A stretch of 32,000 nucleotides of DNA from Candidatus Saccharimonadota bacterium. GTDB lineage: Archaea > Nanohalarchaeota > Nanosalinia > Nanosalinales > Nanosalinaceae. The position numbers and the translations under genes are program-made. Positions 18,667 to 27,087 of this stretch are shown one piece after another. The stretch lies in the NCBI RefSeq assembly GCF_047555085.1, contig NZ_CP180230.1, positions 390,001 to 422,000 of the forward strand, read 5' to 3'. Within the stretch, counting starts at the first letter, position 1; every line of letters starts with the position of its first letter. The notes beneath the pieces were generated by a model that was given only the letters and a program-made list of their open reading frames with translations, searched no databases and was not told the origin of the DNA.

Positions 18667-19043
18667 ATATATCGTCTTTACTTAACTCTCTTTCAGAGAT
18701 GAATACAGCGGTTCTTTTGCTGGCACTGGTCGTACTTTTCGTTGTAGCATTCAAGGTGATGGAGATGGTGATGCAGACAGTTCTGGTGACAGCTCTTTCC
18801 GGAGCATTCTACTTCGCCCTATCATACTTCCTTTCATCAGTGACTTTCTCACTCAACAGCTTGCTGTTCTTTGCCTTCATAGGAGGAACACTGTACACAG
18901 CCTACAATTTGCTGACCAAGTCCTACAAGGTGGCGACTCTACTTCTGAAGATTCCTCTGAAACTAATCGGTATCGCAAGAGGAATGATCAAAAGTCTGAT
19001 CAGCAGAAGGAAGAAAGACAGCAAGAAGGAAGAAAAGGATTAA
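18663..19043 (+). CDS. small membrane protein with a Lys-rich tail, translationally coupled to the surface protein
   Basis: ATGA start/stop overlap at 18663-18666. 126 aa with 3 hydrophobic segments and a C-terminal SRRKKDSKKEEKD. Confidence 0.6.
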   Translation: MNISSLLNSLSEMNTAVLLLALVVLFVVAFKVMEMVMQTVLVTALSGAFYFALSYFLSSVTFSLNSLLFFAFIGGTLYTAYNLLTKSYKVATLLLKIPLKLIGIARGMIKSLISRRKKDSKKEEKD

Positions 19044-19046
19044 TTT

Positions 19047-19733
19047 TTATCCGGTGAAAGTTGCTCCACCGGCCTCAAGCCTGTCAACCAGGCCTTCCAT
19101 CCGCACCTGGTTCTCTCCAGGAAGGATAGTGATTTTGCCGTTGAAAGAGTTGATCTTCAGAGGAGAATTCTCCTGACTTATCTCTGTACCGGATTCAGAA
19201 CTCATATCGATGTTCGCGTTCTCCAGAGAAATCTTCGATCTCTTCAGTTCATCAAGAATAATCCGTGATGCATTGGTGTTGTAGTTGACATCCATCTTCT
19301 CCACAAGAGTAACTCCGCTGGAACTGAATCCTGTGCTCTGACCTCGAAGGCCTGTAGTATTATCTTTTCTAAGTACTACATCACCGGTGAAGTTGCTGAA
19401 GCTTAATCTTCCATCAGACTCTATCACACGCGACTTTGACTCAAGACGCTCAAAGGCCTCGATTTCAAGTATAGCATTATCAGCTGTCAAAGTTGTTTCA
19501 TCTGAATTAAGATTCACAGTAACTTCCACACTGTTAGTTGGTTCAGGCCTGTCAGTAAGCTCTCCTACAATATTATCGATGTCCAGAGGTATGTCGCCCA
19601 GACTTCCATCAAGGAAGTCTCCAGGCGAAAAGTTCTGGAAATCCTCCACTGATCCGCTTCCTGAAACTGTTAAAGCTGCGATAGAAGCAAATACTGCCGC
19701 CAGAATCTTCGGGTCCATAGCAGGCATACTCAT
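19047..19733 (-). CDS. N-terminally anchored or secreted protein of unknown function
   Basis: 228 aa. N-terminal hydrophobic KILAAVFASIAALTVSGSG followed by a beta-rich acidic body. It is convergent with the 18663 gene, with a 3-nt gap. Confidence 0.55.
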   Translation of the reverse strand: MSMPAMDPKILAAVFASIAALTVSGSGSVEDFQNFSPGDFLDGSLGDIPLDIDNIVGELTDRPEPTNSVEVTVNLNSDETTLTADNAILEIEAFERLESKSRVIESDGRLSFSNFTGDVVLRKDNTTGLRGQSTGFSSSGVTLVEKMDVNYNTNASRIILDELKRSKISLENANIDMSSESGTEISQENSPLKINSFNGKITILPGENQVRMEGLVDRLEAGGATFTG

Positions 19734-19765
19734 ATTTTACAAGTCTGCTGATTTAAAACCAGTAC

Positions 19766-20341
19766 GTGAGATCCGCAGTAATAGTTGAACCGGAGATACC
19801 TGAAAACACGGGATTTATAGCAAGACTTTGCGCCAACTTTGGCTTCCAGCTAAGAGTAGTGAACCCGGAATTCAACCTTGAAGAAGCCAGAAAAACAGCA
19901 TCAAAGGCCCAGGACAAACTCAGGAACGCAAAAATCTACGATACTGTGGAGGAAGCAGTTGATGATCTCAACTTCGTTGTAGGGACAAAACCCGGGAAAG
20001 GAACATCTCTGGAGAACTTCCAGCCACGTGAAGACACCTCTATAATGATAGGAAGAGAAAGCTCAGGCCTCTCCAATAAAGAACTTGAGCTCTGCGATGC
20101 AGTAATACATGTAGAAACAGGAGAATACAGCTCCATAAATCAGAGTCACGCCGCCGCCATAATCATGCATTCGTTCAGCGTTGGAGCCAAAAAGGCCTCG
20201 AATAAATCAGGAGACAATCAAGTTCTGGAAAAATTCATCCAAATACCGCTTCTCAGAAAACTGTTAAAACAGGCCAATCCAAGTCAGGACGAATTAAACA
20301 GTTTAATAGGCCAAATGAAGGAAGAAGGATACTTCGATTAG
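19766..20341 (+). CDS. SpoU/TrmJ-like RNA 2'-O-methyltransferase
   Basis: VIVEPEIPENTGFIARLCANFG N-terminal motif, then IMIGRESSGLSNKEL, then a SINQSHAAAIIMH trefoil-knot motif. GTG start. Confidence 0.7.
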   Translation: MRSAVIVEPEIPENTGFIARLCANFGFQLRVVNPEFNLEEARKTASKAQDKLRNAKIYDTVEEAVDDLNFVVGTKPGKGTSLENFQPREDTSIMIGRESSGLSNKELELCDAVIHVETGEYSSINQSHAAAIIMHSFSVGAKKASNKSGDNQVLEKFIQIPLLRKLLKQANPSQDELNSLIGQMKEEGYFD

Positions 20342-20416
20342 GCCTCTAGATTTTCATGTTACTTCAGTACTTGAGATTTCGTCGAGTTTAAAAAAGTGGA
20401 TTACTATCGATAGTGT

Positions 20417-21673
20417 ATGATTCCAGGCCTTTTCGGTGGTGGAGAAAGCAACTTTTTCATGATAATTCAAACCGTAATAACACTGCTGTTTTTCGTGATG
20501 ATATTTTTCTTCCCGAGAATCATGCTGTGGCAGATAGACAGAAAGATGCGTTCTGTGCTTGACAGCCTGGATGAGTACCGGGTTTCCGCCGAGAACATGT
20601 TCCTTGAAAAATTCGCTTCCGATATGTCTGCAGGAGTTGAGAGCAAGTACGAGTCTCTCAAGAACATCAAGATGTCTCAGCCTACCAATCTTGATCCTGC
20701 AGGTATGGTAGGAAGACTTGAGCACGTTCTTGATACTTCGGAAGACAAGTTCAAGCGTTTTGTGGAAGGCAACGCAGATACAGAGGACAGTGAAGAACTT
20801 GCAGATCTCAACATGGCTTTCAAGGGAGTCATGGGGACGCACCAGATCTACAAAGTTGTCAGACATTTCAGAAAGCTGATCAAAGGCACTCAAAACATTC
20901 AGCTTATCGGAATGATCCGTATGATGCTTCCTCTCTACGAGGAGCTTGCTGAAAGCCAGAAAGATGCAACAAGAGCTTTCCTTGATCAGGCGCCGATTGG
21001 CGATGCTATAGGCCCTCTTGTGGCTGCAAAGATGATTACAGAGGAGCCTGAAGAAGTTGCAGATAACATTATGCACAGTGAAGAGGAGATCAACGATCAG
21101 ACTGTACACGTTTTGAAGTCTGATGGGCCTGGAGCCAGGCTAGGGAAGTATGGAGATGCTATCGACACTCTGGCGGAGGAAAACGATCTTGAAGCAATAG
21201 TTACAGTCGATGCAGCTCTAAAGTTTGAAGGAGAAGAGACCGGAAGCGTCGCTGAAGGAGTCGGCGTCATGATGGGAGGCCCAGGAGTAGAAAAGTCAAA
21301 GATCGAGGAAGCGGCCACTGAACATGAAATCCCGCTTGAAGGAGTAGTCATTAAACAGAGTGCGCCAGAGGCCTCCAAGGCGATGAAGAAAGAGATCTTC
21401 GATGCCTACAAAGACGCCAAAGACAAAGCTGAAGAGCTTGCTTCAGAGTTTGACGGCGAAGTAGCTGTAGTCGGTGTTGGAAACACCTGTGGAGTCGGAA
21501 ATGTTAAAGACGACACCAGAGGCATCCATAATCGCCTCAGAAAGTACTGGAAGGAGTACGAGGAAGAAGAGGAAGAAGTCAGCTACATGGGAATGATGAG
21601 CATTCTTCCTGGAGCAGATCAGGCCTCTATGAAGGAAGCAAGGAACTCCCTGATATGGAGGACTATCAGGTAA
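20417..21673 (+). CDS. conserved archaeal membrane-anchored protein, possibly DUF1512 family
   Basis: 418 aa with an N-terminal TM (IIQTVITLLFFVMIFFFP) and an acidic soluble body. The family assignment is from memory only. The true start may be the second Met (MIIQTV). Confidence 0.5.
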   Translation: MIPGLFGGGESNFFMIIQTVITLLFFVMIFFFPRIMLWQIDRKMRSVLDSLDEYRVSAENMFLEKFASDMSAGVESKYESLKNIKMSQPTNLDPAGMVGRLEHVLDTSEDKFKRFVEGNADTEDSEELADLNMAFKGVMGTHQIYKVVRHFRKLIKGTQNIQLIGMIRMMLPLYEELAESQKDATRAFLDQAPIGDAIGPLVAAKMITEEPEEVADNIMHSEEEINDQTVHVLKSDGPGARLGKYGDAIDTLAEENDLEAIVTVDAALKFEGEETGSVAEGVGVMMGGPGVEKSKIEEAATEHEIPLEGVVIKQSAPEASKAMKKEIFDAYKDAKDKAEELASEFDGEVAVVGVGNTCGVGNVKDDTRGIHNRLRKYWKEYEEEEEEVSYMGMMSILPGADQASMKEARNSLIWRTIR

Positions 21674-21720
21674 AGGCCTAAAAATAAAAGGCAGTGAAAC
21701 AAAGTCTGGCTTAGTAAATC

Positions 21721-23448
21721 ATGAAAGGCCTCAAATTTCTTCCTATTTTAATTTCTGTATTTCTACTTGTTGGAGTCTCTTCAGCTAATCACATGGACAG
21801 AGATGTTTCTGTGATTATAGAAAATAGTAATGGTGATACGCTTAATGCGGAGGATACATCGAGGTTTGTTATAGATTATGGGCAGAATTCTCCTCAGCCT
21901 TTCAGGGTTGCTATACTTTGTGAGGGGTCTGACTGTCCTTATGGTCCTGCGGACTCAGGTGTTTTGAGAGCACCTCTATTTCTGGAACTATGTGGAAAGA
22001 CTATAGATGCTACAAATAATTACTATGGCTCTGATACGGACTTCTGGACTGATAAACAGAGAGTTCCAACAGGATCTACTTTCGGGCCTAATGCTTTGAA
22101 GTGTACTCCAGGGATCAAAGATGCTGATATTGTAGATCAAGATGGTCATGTTGTGAAGAATATTAATACTGATTTCATAGTTGATTACAGGACCAGTGGT
22201 CCTCAGCTGGGTGTATCTATAGATATAGAGAATCTGGGGAATAAGATTAGCCGCTTTAAGATAGAGAACACCGGAGATGGAACCAGTCCTGGGTATGTTA
22301 GAGTAGGCCAGTCTGGGTTATGTGTAAGAGACTGTGGGGATTTCGAACCAGCTAGTACCAATACTATAATGTCGTATGAGAACACAGGTACTGGGTACGT
22401 TAACAGTGTCAATGAATTTATCAGTACAGATTACGGTAACTGTGGTTTTGGAGCAACACTGTGTCAGGTCGCTAATCAGGATTTTGGAGAGCTAGAAAGT
22501 TCGTGTGGCGGCGACTGTCCTATAGGGCATGTTGATCAGGGAAGTAATGCAGATTACATTCCAAGGGGGGAAGTAATAGCTGGGCAGGCTTTTTCTACTG
22601 ATGAGGAGTGGCCTGTAGGCAACATAAATAATCCTTATTTTCATGTGTGTGATAGTTCTCTAGAAGGCTACAAGGAAATGGATGGGAAGACGGTGTACAG
22701 TCCCGGAAGTAATTTTGGGACGAATTACTTCGAATGCCGGGATTATCAGTGGATTCCAAGGCAGCAATGCGACCCTGGCTTTAAATGGGCGGAAGTCGAC
22801 GGTGAATGGATGTGTGATGAGAAAGAACCTTCAAGAATAAACGTCGATTTTCTGAATATACAGAATCTTCCATACAGCGAAGTTGAAAGCGGTTATACTA
22901 CTGGCTTCAGAATACTAAGTAGTGAAGCTGAAAAATTTGAGAACGTGTATGATGCTGAGTTACAGGAAGTTAATGCGGAGTGCTGGATGGGACAGAATGA
23001 TCAGAGGCCTTCTGACAGCAGTAAGAAAGGAGTGGTAACTGTAGATGTTGATGAATTCCGAACAGCTTTCGGTTTAAGCAACATATGGGTTTTAACAGAT
23101 ATTCCAAGTCGAACAGGTGTGGATAATGAAACTTATTCATGTGTGTGGGGGTTCGCAGGTTACGGCCAACATAACCAGTACATCTATCAAGGAGTAAATG
23201 ACTATTTTTTGGAAGCTATGGATGAAGAGGCTATATCCTATTTTGATTACTCTCAGATTCAGGGAATATACCAGAGAAATCAGGATGCCTACAGTAATTC
23301 GTTAAGCTGGGATTACTATGTATCTCTCGATGAGAGGGGTTACACAGCCTTTGGAGGACCTTCACCTTTCAATTCCCCTAATGAGGAGTATCCTTACTGT
23401 CCGCCAGACAATCCGCTGTATCCGGATGCAGATATACAGTGCGACTGA
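21721..23448 (+). CDS. secreted Cys-rich acidic protein, unknown family
   Basis: 575 aa. Signal peptide MKGLKFLPILISVFLLVGVSSANH. Cysteines are scattered through the protein, many in close pairs (CEGSDC, CVRDC, CGGDC, CDPGFKWAEVDGEWMC, and the terminal YCPPDN...IQCD). No TM anchor. Confidence 0.8.
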   Translation: MKGLKFLPILISVFLLVGVSSANHMDRDVSVIIENSNGDTLNAEDTSRFVIDYGQNSPQPFRVAILCEGSDCPYGPADSGVLRAPLFLELCGKTIDATNNYYGSDTDFWTDKQRVPTGSTFGPNALKCTPGIKDADIVDQDGHVVKNINTDFIVDYRTSGPQLGVSIDIENLGNKISRFKIENTGDGTSPGYVRVGQSGLCVRDCGDFEPASTNTIMSYENTGTGYVNSVNEFISTDYGNCGFGATLCQVANQDFGELESSCGGDCPIGHVDQGSNADYIPRGEVIAGQAFSTDEEWPVGNINNPYFHVCDSSLEGYKEMDGKTVYSPGSNFGTNYFECRDYQWIPRQQCDPGFKWAEVDGEWMCDEKEPSRINVDFLNIQNLPYSEVESGYTTGFRILSSEAEKFENVYDAELQEVNAECWMGQNDQRPSDSSKKGVVTVDVDEFRTAFGLSNIWVLTDIPSRTGVDNETYSCVWGFAGYGQHNQYIYQGVNDYFLEAMDEEAISYFDYSQIQGIYQRNQDAYSNSLSWDYYVSLDERGYTAFGGPSPFNSPNEEYPYCPPDNPLYPDADIQCD

Positions 23449-23451
23449 ACT

Positions 23452-24765
23452 TTATTCTGAAGGCCTATTTCCAGGCATATGATAGAATTCTGGCTCTTCA
23501 AGCGTTCCATCAATTTTCAGAGGCTGGTCGTACCCACGTATTGGATCGCCTCTAAAGTCTTCTCCAAGCTCGTTCTCAAATATCTGGTAGACTGCTCTTC
23601 CAAGCTGTCTGTAATTCCTCAGATCCTCTTCGTCCATACCATCTGCTAACTCATCTGCAGACTCCACAAAACTGTCTGTAAGAGTAACATCATACCCTTC
23701 ATTACTGTTAGCCATGAACTGGCTCAAGTTGTTATGTCCGTCATCAATTAGATCAAGTGCAGCACCGACAAAAGCTCTGGCAGTATCACCATCATCTAAG
23801 ACACCATTTGACTCCATTTCAAGGCCTTTATTCAGCTCAAGGCCTGTGACATAATGTTCTGGGAACTGTGTGTCGCCATTACGCATAGTAATTGTTTCTT
23901 TGTCCAAAGATGTTGTGTAGGCACTGTCCTCAGGATCTCTGATTGCATGGAAAAAATACTTCTGAGGACTTGCATCTGTGTTTTCAACATATTTCGTCTC
24001 TAACTCGCCGTCCTGAGAATAAGTTAATAGGCTGACTCCGTGTGTAATACCTCTTATTCCCGCTTCAGATCCGTCAGGCCTCTCACGAATAGATCCTTCA
24101 ACTATTCCTTCAATGGCGGATGGCTGAGGTTCTGAGGCTCTAACTGTAAACATGTTAAACTCTCCGAAGTCAAGACCTATTTCCTGAGCAACGTACTCTG
24201 CAACGTTCGGGACCACCATGTTCTTACCTCCACTGGTGTTTATGCCTGTTGCCGTATCAACGGCATGGACAAGAGATCTGGCAAATCTTACAGAGTCTTC
24301 TACATCTTCCTGCAAAAGGCCTCTAACTCTATCGCTTTCTACAGATCCAGGATTTGTGTATATTTCCTGTGTTCTGTTAACAATGTCGTCTACAGTTCCT
24401 TCAACTTCTTGATGCTGGGGCAACCTCTCCAGTTCTCCTGATAGAAATCCACGGGCAACTTCAACATCGTCTCTCCTCATTTCATCCCACTCTTCCTCGC
24501 TAACTCCATTTTCAATTACTTGGAACTCCGAGGCCTCTTCAGGGTCAACATTAGAATCAGGGATATCTCCAAGAGCTCCGGTCTTGTCCTGAAAAGCGTA
24601 CTGGAACTCCTGATCAATAGGATCGACATCTTTGGATTCGCTGCCTTCAAGAAGGCCAGCACATCCAGATAAAGAGGTTGCGCCTGCAGCGCCTACAGCG
24701 GCTTTCATGAAGTCGCGGCGGTTTGTTCCCAGATCAAACACCTTGTTGTTATTATAGAGTAACAA
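23452..24765 (-). CDS. Tat-exported lipoprotein, unknown function
   Basis: The N-terminus NRRDFMKAAVGAAGATSLSGCAG combines a twin-arginine motif with a lipobox Cys. The ORF track starts at TTG 24765. GTG 24741 (VFDLGTNRRDF) lies about 30 nt downstream of a TATA-like box and may be the real, leaderless start. Confidence 0.75.
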   Translation of the reverse strand: MLLYNNNKVFDLGTNRRDFMKAAVGAAGATSLSGCAGLLEGSESKDVDPIDQEFQYAFQDKTGALGDIPDSNVDPEEASEFQVIENGVSEEEWDEMRRDDVEVARGFLSGELERLPQHQEVEGTVDDIVNRTQEIYTNPGSVESDRVRGLLQEDVEDSVRFARSLVHAVDTATGINTSGGKNMVVPNVAEYVAQEIGLDFGEFNMFTVRASEPQPSAIEGIVEGSIRERPDGSEAGIRGITHGVSLLTYSQDGELETKYVENTDASPQKYFFHAIRDPEDSAYTTSLDKETITMRNGDTQFPEHYVTGLELNKGLEMESNGVLDDGDTARAFVGAALDLIDDGHNNLSQFMANSNEGYDVTLTDSFVESADELADGMDEEDLRNYRQLGRAVYQIFENELGEDFRGDPIRGYDQPLKIDGTLEEPEFYHMPGNRPSE

Positions 24766-24767
24766 GT

Positions 24768-24777
24768 TTATATGTGT
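24768..24777 (-). promoter_or_regulatory. TATA-like box (ACATATAAAC on the minus strand) for the Tat lipoprotein gene
   Basis: It lies in the 63-nt divergent spacer, roughly 30 nt upstream of the candidate GTG start at 24741. Confidence 0.3.
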
Positions 24778-24804
24778 TTTGGTTTTCTTCTGTAACGGTC
24801 GGTC

Positions 24805-24819
24805 GATTTTTATTTACAG
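24805..24819 (+). promoter_or_regulatory. TATA-like promoter element GATTTTTATTTACAG
   Basis: Identical 15-mer to 6855-6869. Its centre is about 26 nt upstream of ATG 24838, consistent with a leaderless mRNA starting at the second Met (MYRHLAP). Confidence 0.4.
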
Positions 24820-24828
24820 CAAAGAAAC

Positions 24829-27087
24829 ATGTTATTCATGTATAGGCATCTGGCTCCTGTTGCTTTAATCGCAGGCCTACTTCTTTTCTCAGTATCGGTT
24901 CAGGCCTATGGAGGAGATGGAACAGTTGATGTTTCCGGAAAGCCAGCGCCTACTACGGGTGTATGTAACGATGATCAAGACAACGATGACGATAATCTTA
25001 TAGATAGGACTGACACAGGATGTACGAAAGTGTACCAGTATGACAGATCCGAGTATGATATGAGGGATTCGGATCTAACATATCAACTCTACGGTGGAGA
25101 AGGCCCTGATACTACGGATCTTTCTGTATCTTATCCAGGATTTGTTGAGAGAAGTTTAGGCCTTAGAATAGAGGACTGTGATCCTGAAAGCGGTTACTGT
25201 TCGTACAATGAGGTTGTAGGCAACGATCCTTTGGTTGTGGAGCGGTGGATAGATAGCTTTGGATATCCACAATGGGCGGGAGGAGAACTGAAGAGTACCG
25301 GAGTTCAGAAGTATGATGCTTCTATTACTGATTATGTAGATCGTGAGGATGCTGAAAGAGATATGTCGGGTAGAGCAGCTGTTAATAATCCTTTACAGGG
25401 AGCCATATTCAGCAATCCGGAAGTCGAGACATGTGGTAATGGGGACAGAAACATGAATGAGGGGAAGAACGTAGGATGTCCTGAAGACTGGGGCTTCCTC
25501 GATGATCTAACTGTTGATGGAGAGACAAGGACTGCACAGCAATCCTCTAATGATATCACGGATGAGCTAAAAGACTCGTTTACTGTGGATGTCGGTATAA
25601 ATCATGGTGCTCCGGTTGAGCAGTCTGATCCTCCAACTTATGAGATGGATCTTCTGGGGCTTGAAGCTGGAGGAGAAGATACTATAAATATACAGTCTCC
25701 AGAGGGAAGGCCTAGAACTGAAGAGCTCTACGAACACGATGGTATTAGTGCAGCACCTGATTTCTTCGCCGATGGAAGGGAGATAAAAGTCGTTTACCCG
25801 TATGCTTCAGAGACGACGTATACCCAGGTCTCTGACGTTGATCTAGTGGAGTCAAGTATAACGCATTATACTCAGACCGGCTTCCGTGTTCCAACTTCAT
25901 GTGATTTCGGAGGTACTGATGGAACCAATGTTAGCTGCCAGTCAACCGGTAACTCTTACTGTTTGACCAGTGATGTAGTGACTAACAGTGTAAGAAATTA
26001 TTCGATTGCAAGCGATACCAGAGAAGTCCAGATTCCTACAAAGGCATACCGTACAGAGGCAACGGATGATCCTCTAAACAATCCCGGATATGTTGAAGAT
26101 ATTACTGACAGAGGCTTTACTGTAAATGTTGAACGGGATATAGAAACAGGTTGGGGAACGCACCCTGCAAATAACTGTCCTACAACTACCGATGAAATGG
26201 AGTGTGATTTCGAAGAAGGAGATTCCGATCCATGCTCACCTTCAGATTATGAATACATATGGACAGACAGCGCTCCGGATTATGATGGAGACGGTGAAGG
26301 AGGAGATTCTTACACTAGCACAGTAACACATGATACAGATATAGTATATGAAGACATTGAGTTCCGTGAAAAAGCAGTGTTCAGTACTGTTTACGAGGAC
26401 AATCAAAATCTGCCTTCGGAGGCCTCTTCCAAGGAAGCTTTATTCAATGGCCATTATAATCTTGACAATATAGTTTATAATGGACCTTACTATTCTCCTG
26501 AAACCAATTATCTAAACGATGACTTTGCTAACAGTCCTGCGGTCTCTTCTTCAAGTTTTGAGGTAACTGTCCAGGATGGAACATTCCATTCCAAGCGTGA
26601 CTATTACGGAGTGTTTGATGTAGATGGAACAAATGGATTCGGCGACTCTTTCATTGCTGTAAAGGAAGGAAGCAAAACTCAGAGCATTCCGGCATTTAAC
26701 AAAGAGACAGCTATCGTAAGTCCTTCAGGAGAAAAAGTCGGGAACGATGAAGGGTTCATGGAGGCCCAAGAGACTAATTTTGTGGATGTAAGCGAGTATT
26801 CTCCTCCAGGCCAGTGTCCTGACGGGATAATCTTCTGCGTTGCAGCTGTCGATCTATCTGTGAAAGAATGGAGCGACTGGGATAGCCCAACACAGCCAGA
26901 ATCCGAGTTTGAAACAATAGATACTATACATGTAAACGAGTCATTTGGCGCTTGCCGCAAGTATCAGGAGCTAATAGGCGGCGCCCACCAATCAATATTA
27001 AGATGCCAGTATGATTACGGGGAAGACTTCCCTAACGAGCCCGTTCCATTCCACAAGCCAAATGTAGTTGGAGGTGATGGCTCATAA
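24829..27087 (+). CDS. secreted acidic Cys-containing protein, unknown family
   Basis: 752 aa. Signal peptide LAPVALIAGLLLFSVSVQAYGG. An N-terminal Cys-bounded acidic loop, CNDDQDNDDDNLIDRTDTGC. No TM anchor. The start could be 24829 or 24838. Confidence 0.8.
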   Translation: MLFMYRHLAPVALIAGLLLFSVSVQAYGGDGTVDVSGKPAPTTGVCNDDQDNDDDNLIDRTDTGCTKVYQYDRSEYDMRDSDLTYQLYGGEGPDTTDLSVSYPGFVERSLGLRIEDCDPESGYCSYNEVVGNDPLVVERWIDSFGYPQWAGGELKSTGVQKYDASITDYVDREDAERDMSGRAAVNNPLQGAIFSNPEVETCGNGDRNMNEGKNVGCPEDWGFLDDLTVDGETRTAQQSSNDITDELKDSFTVDVGINHGAPVEQSDPPTYEMDLLGLEAGGEDTINIQSPEGRPRTEELYEHDGISAAPDFFADGREIKVVYPYASETTYTQVSDVDLVESSITHYTQTGFRVPTSCDFGGTDGTNVSCQSTGNSYCLTSDVVTNSVRNYSIASDTREVQIPTKAYRTEATDDPLNNPGYVEDITDRGFTVNVERDIETGWGTHPANNCPTTTDEMECDFEEGDSDPCSPSDYEYIWTDSAPDYDGDGEGGDSYTSTVTHDTDIVYEDIEFREKAVFSTVYEDNQNLPSEASSKEALFNGHYNLDNIVYNGPYYSPETNYLNDDFANSPAVSSSSFEVTVQDGTFHSKRDYYGVFDVDGTNGFGDSFIAVKEGSKTQSIPAFNKETAIVSPSGEKVGNDEGFMEAQETNFVDVSEYSPPGQCPDGIIFCVAAVDLSVKEWSDWDSPTQPESEFETIDTIHVNESFGACRKYQELIGGAHQSILRCQYDYGEDFPNEPVPFHKPNVVGGDGS

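Noticed and set aside
20354-21109. 251-aa minus-strand ORF
   Set aside because: It is almost entirely antisense to the 20417-21673 gene. Its Cys/His/Leu-rich, non-acidic composition is unlike every credible protein in the window. The plus-strand ORF is longer and has the typical acidic composition.
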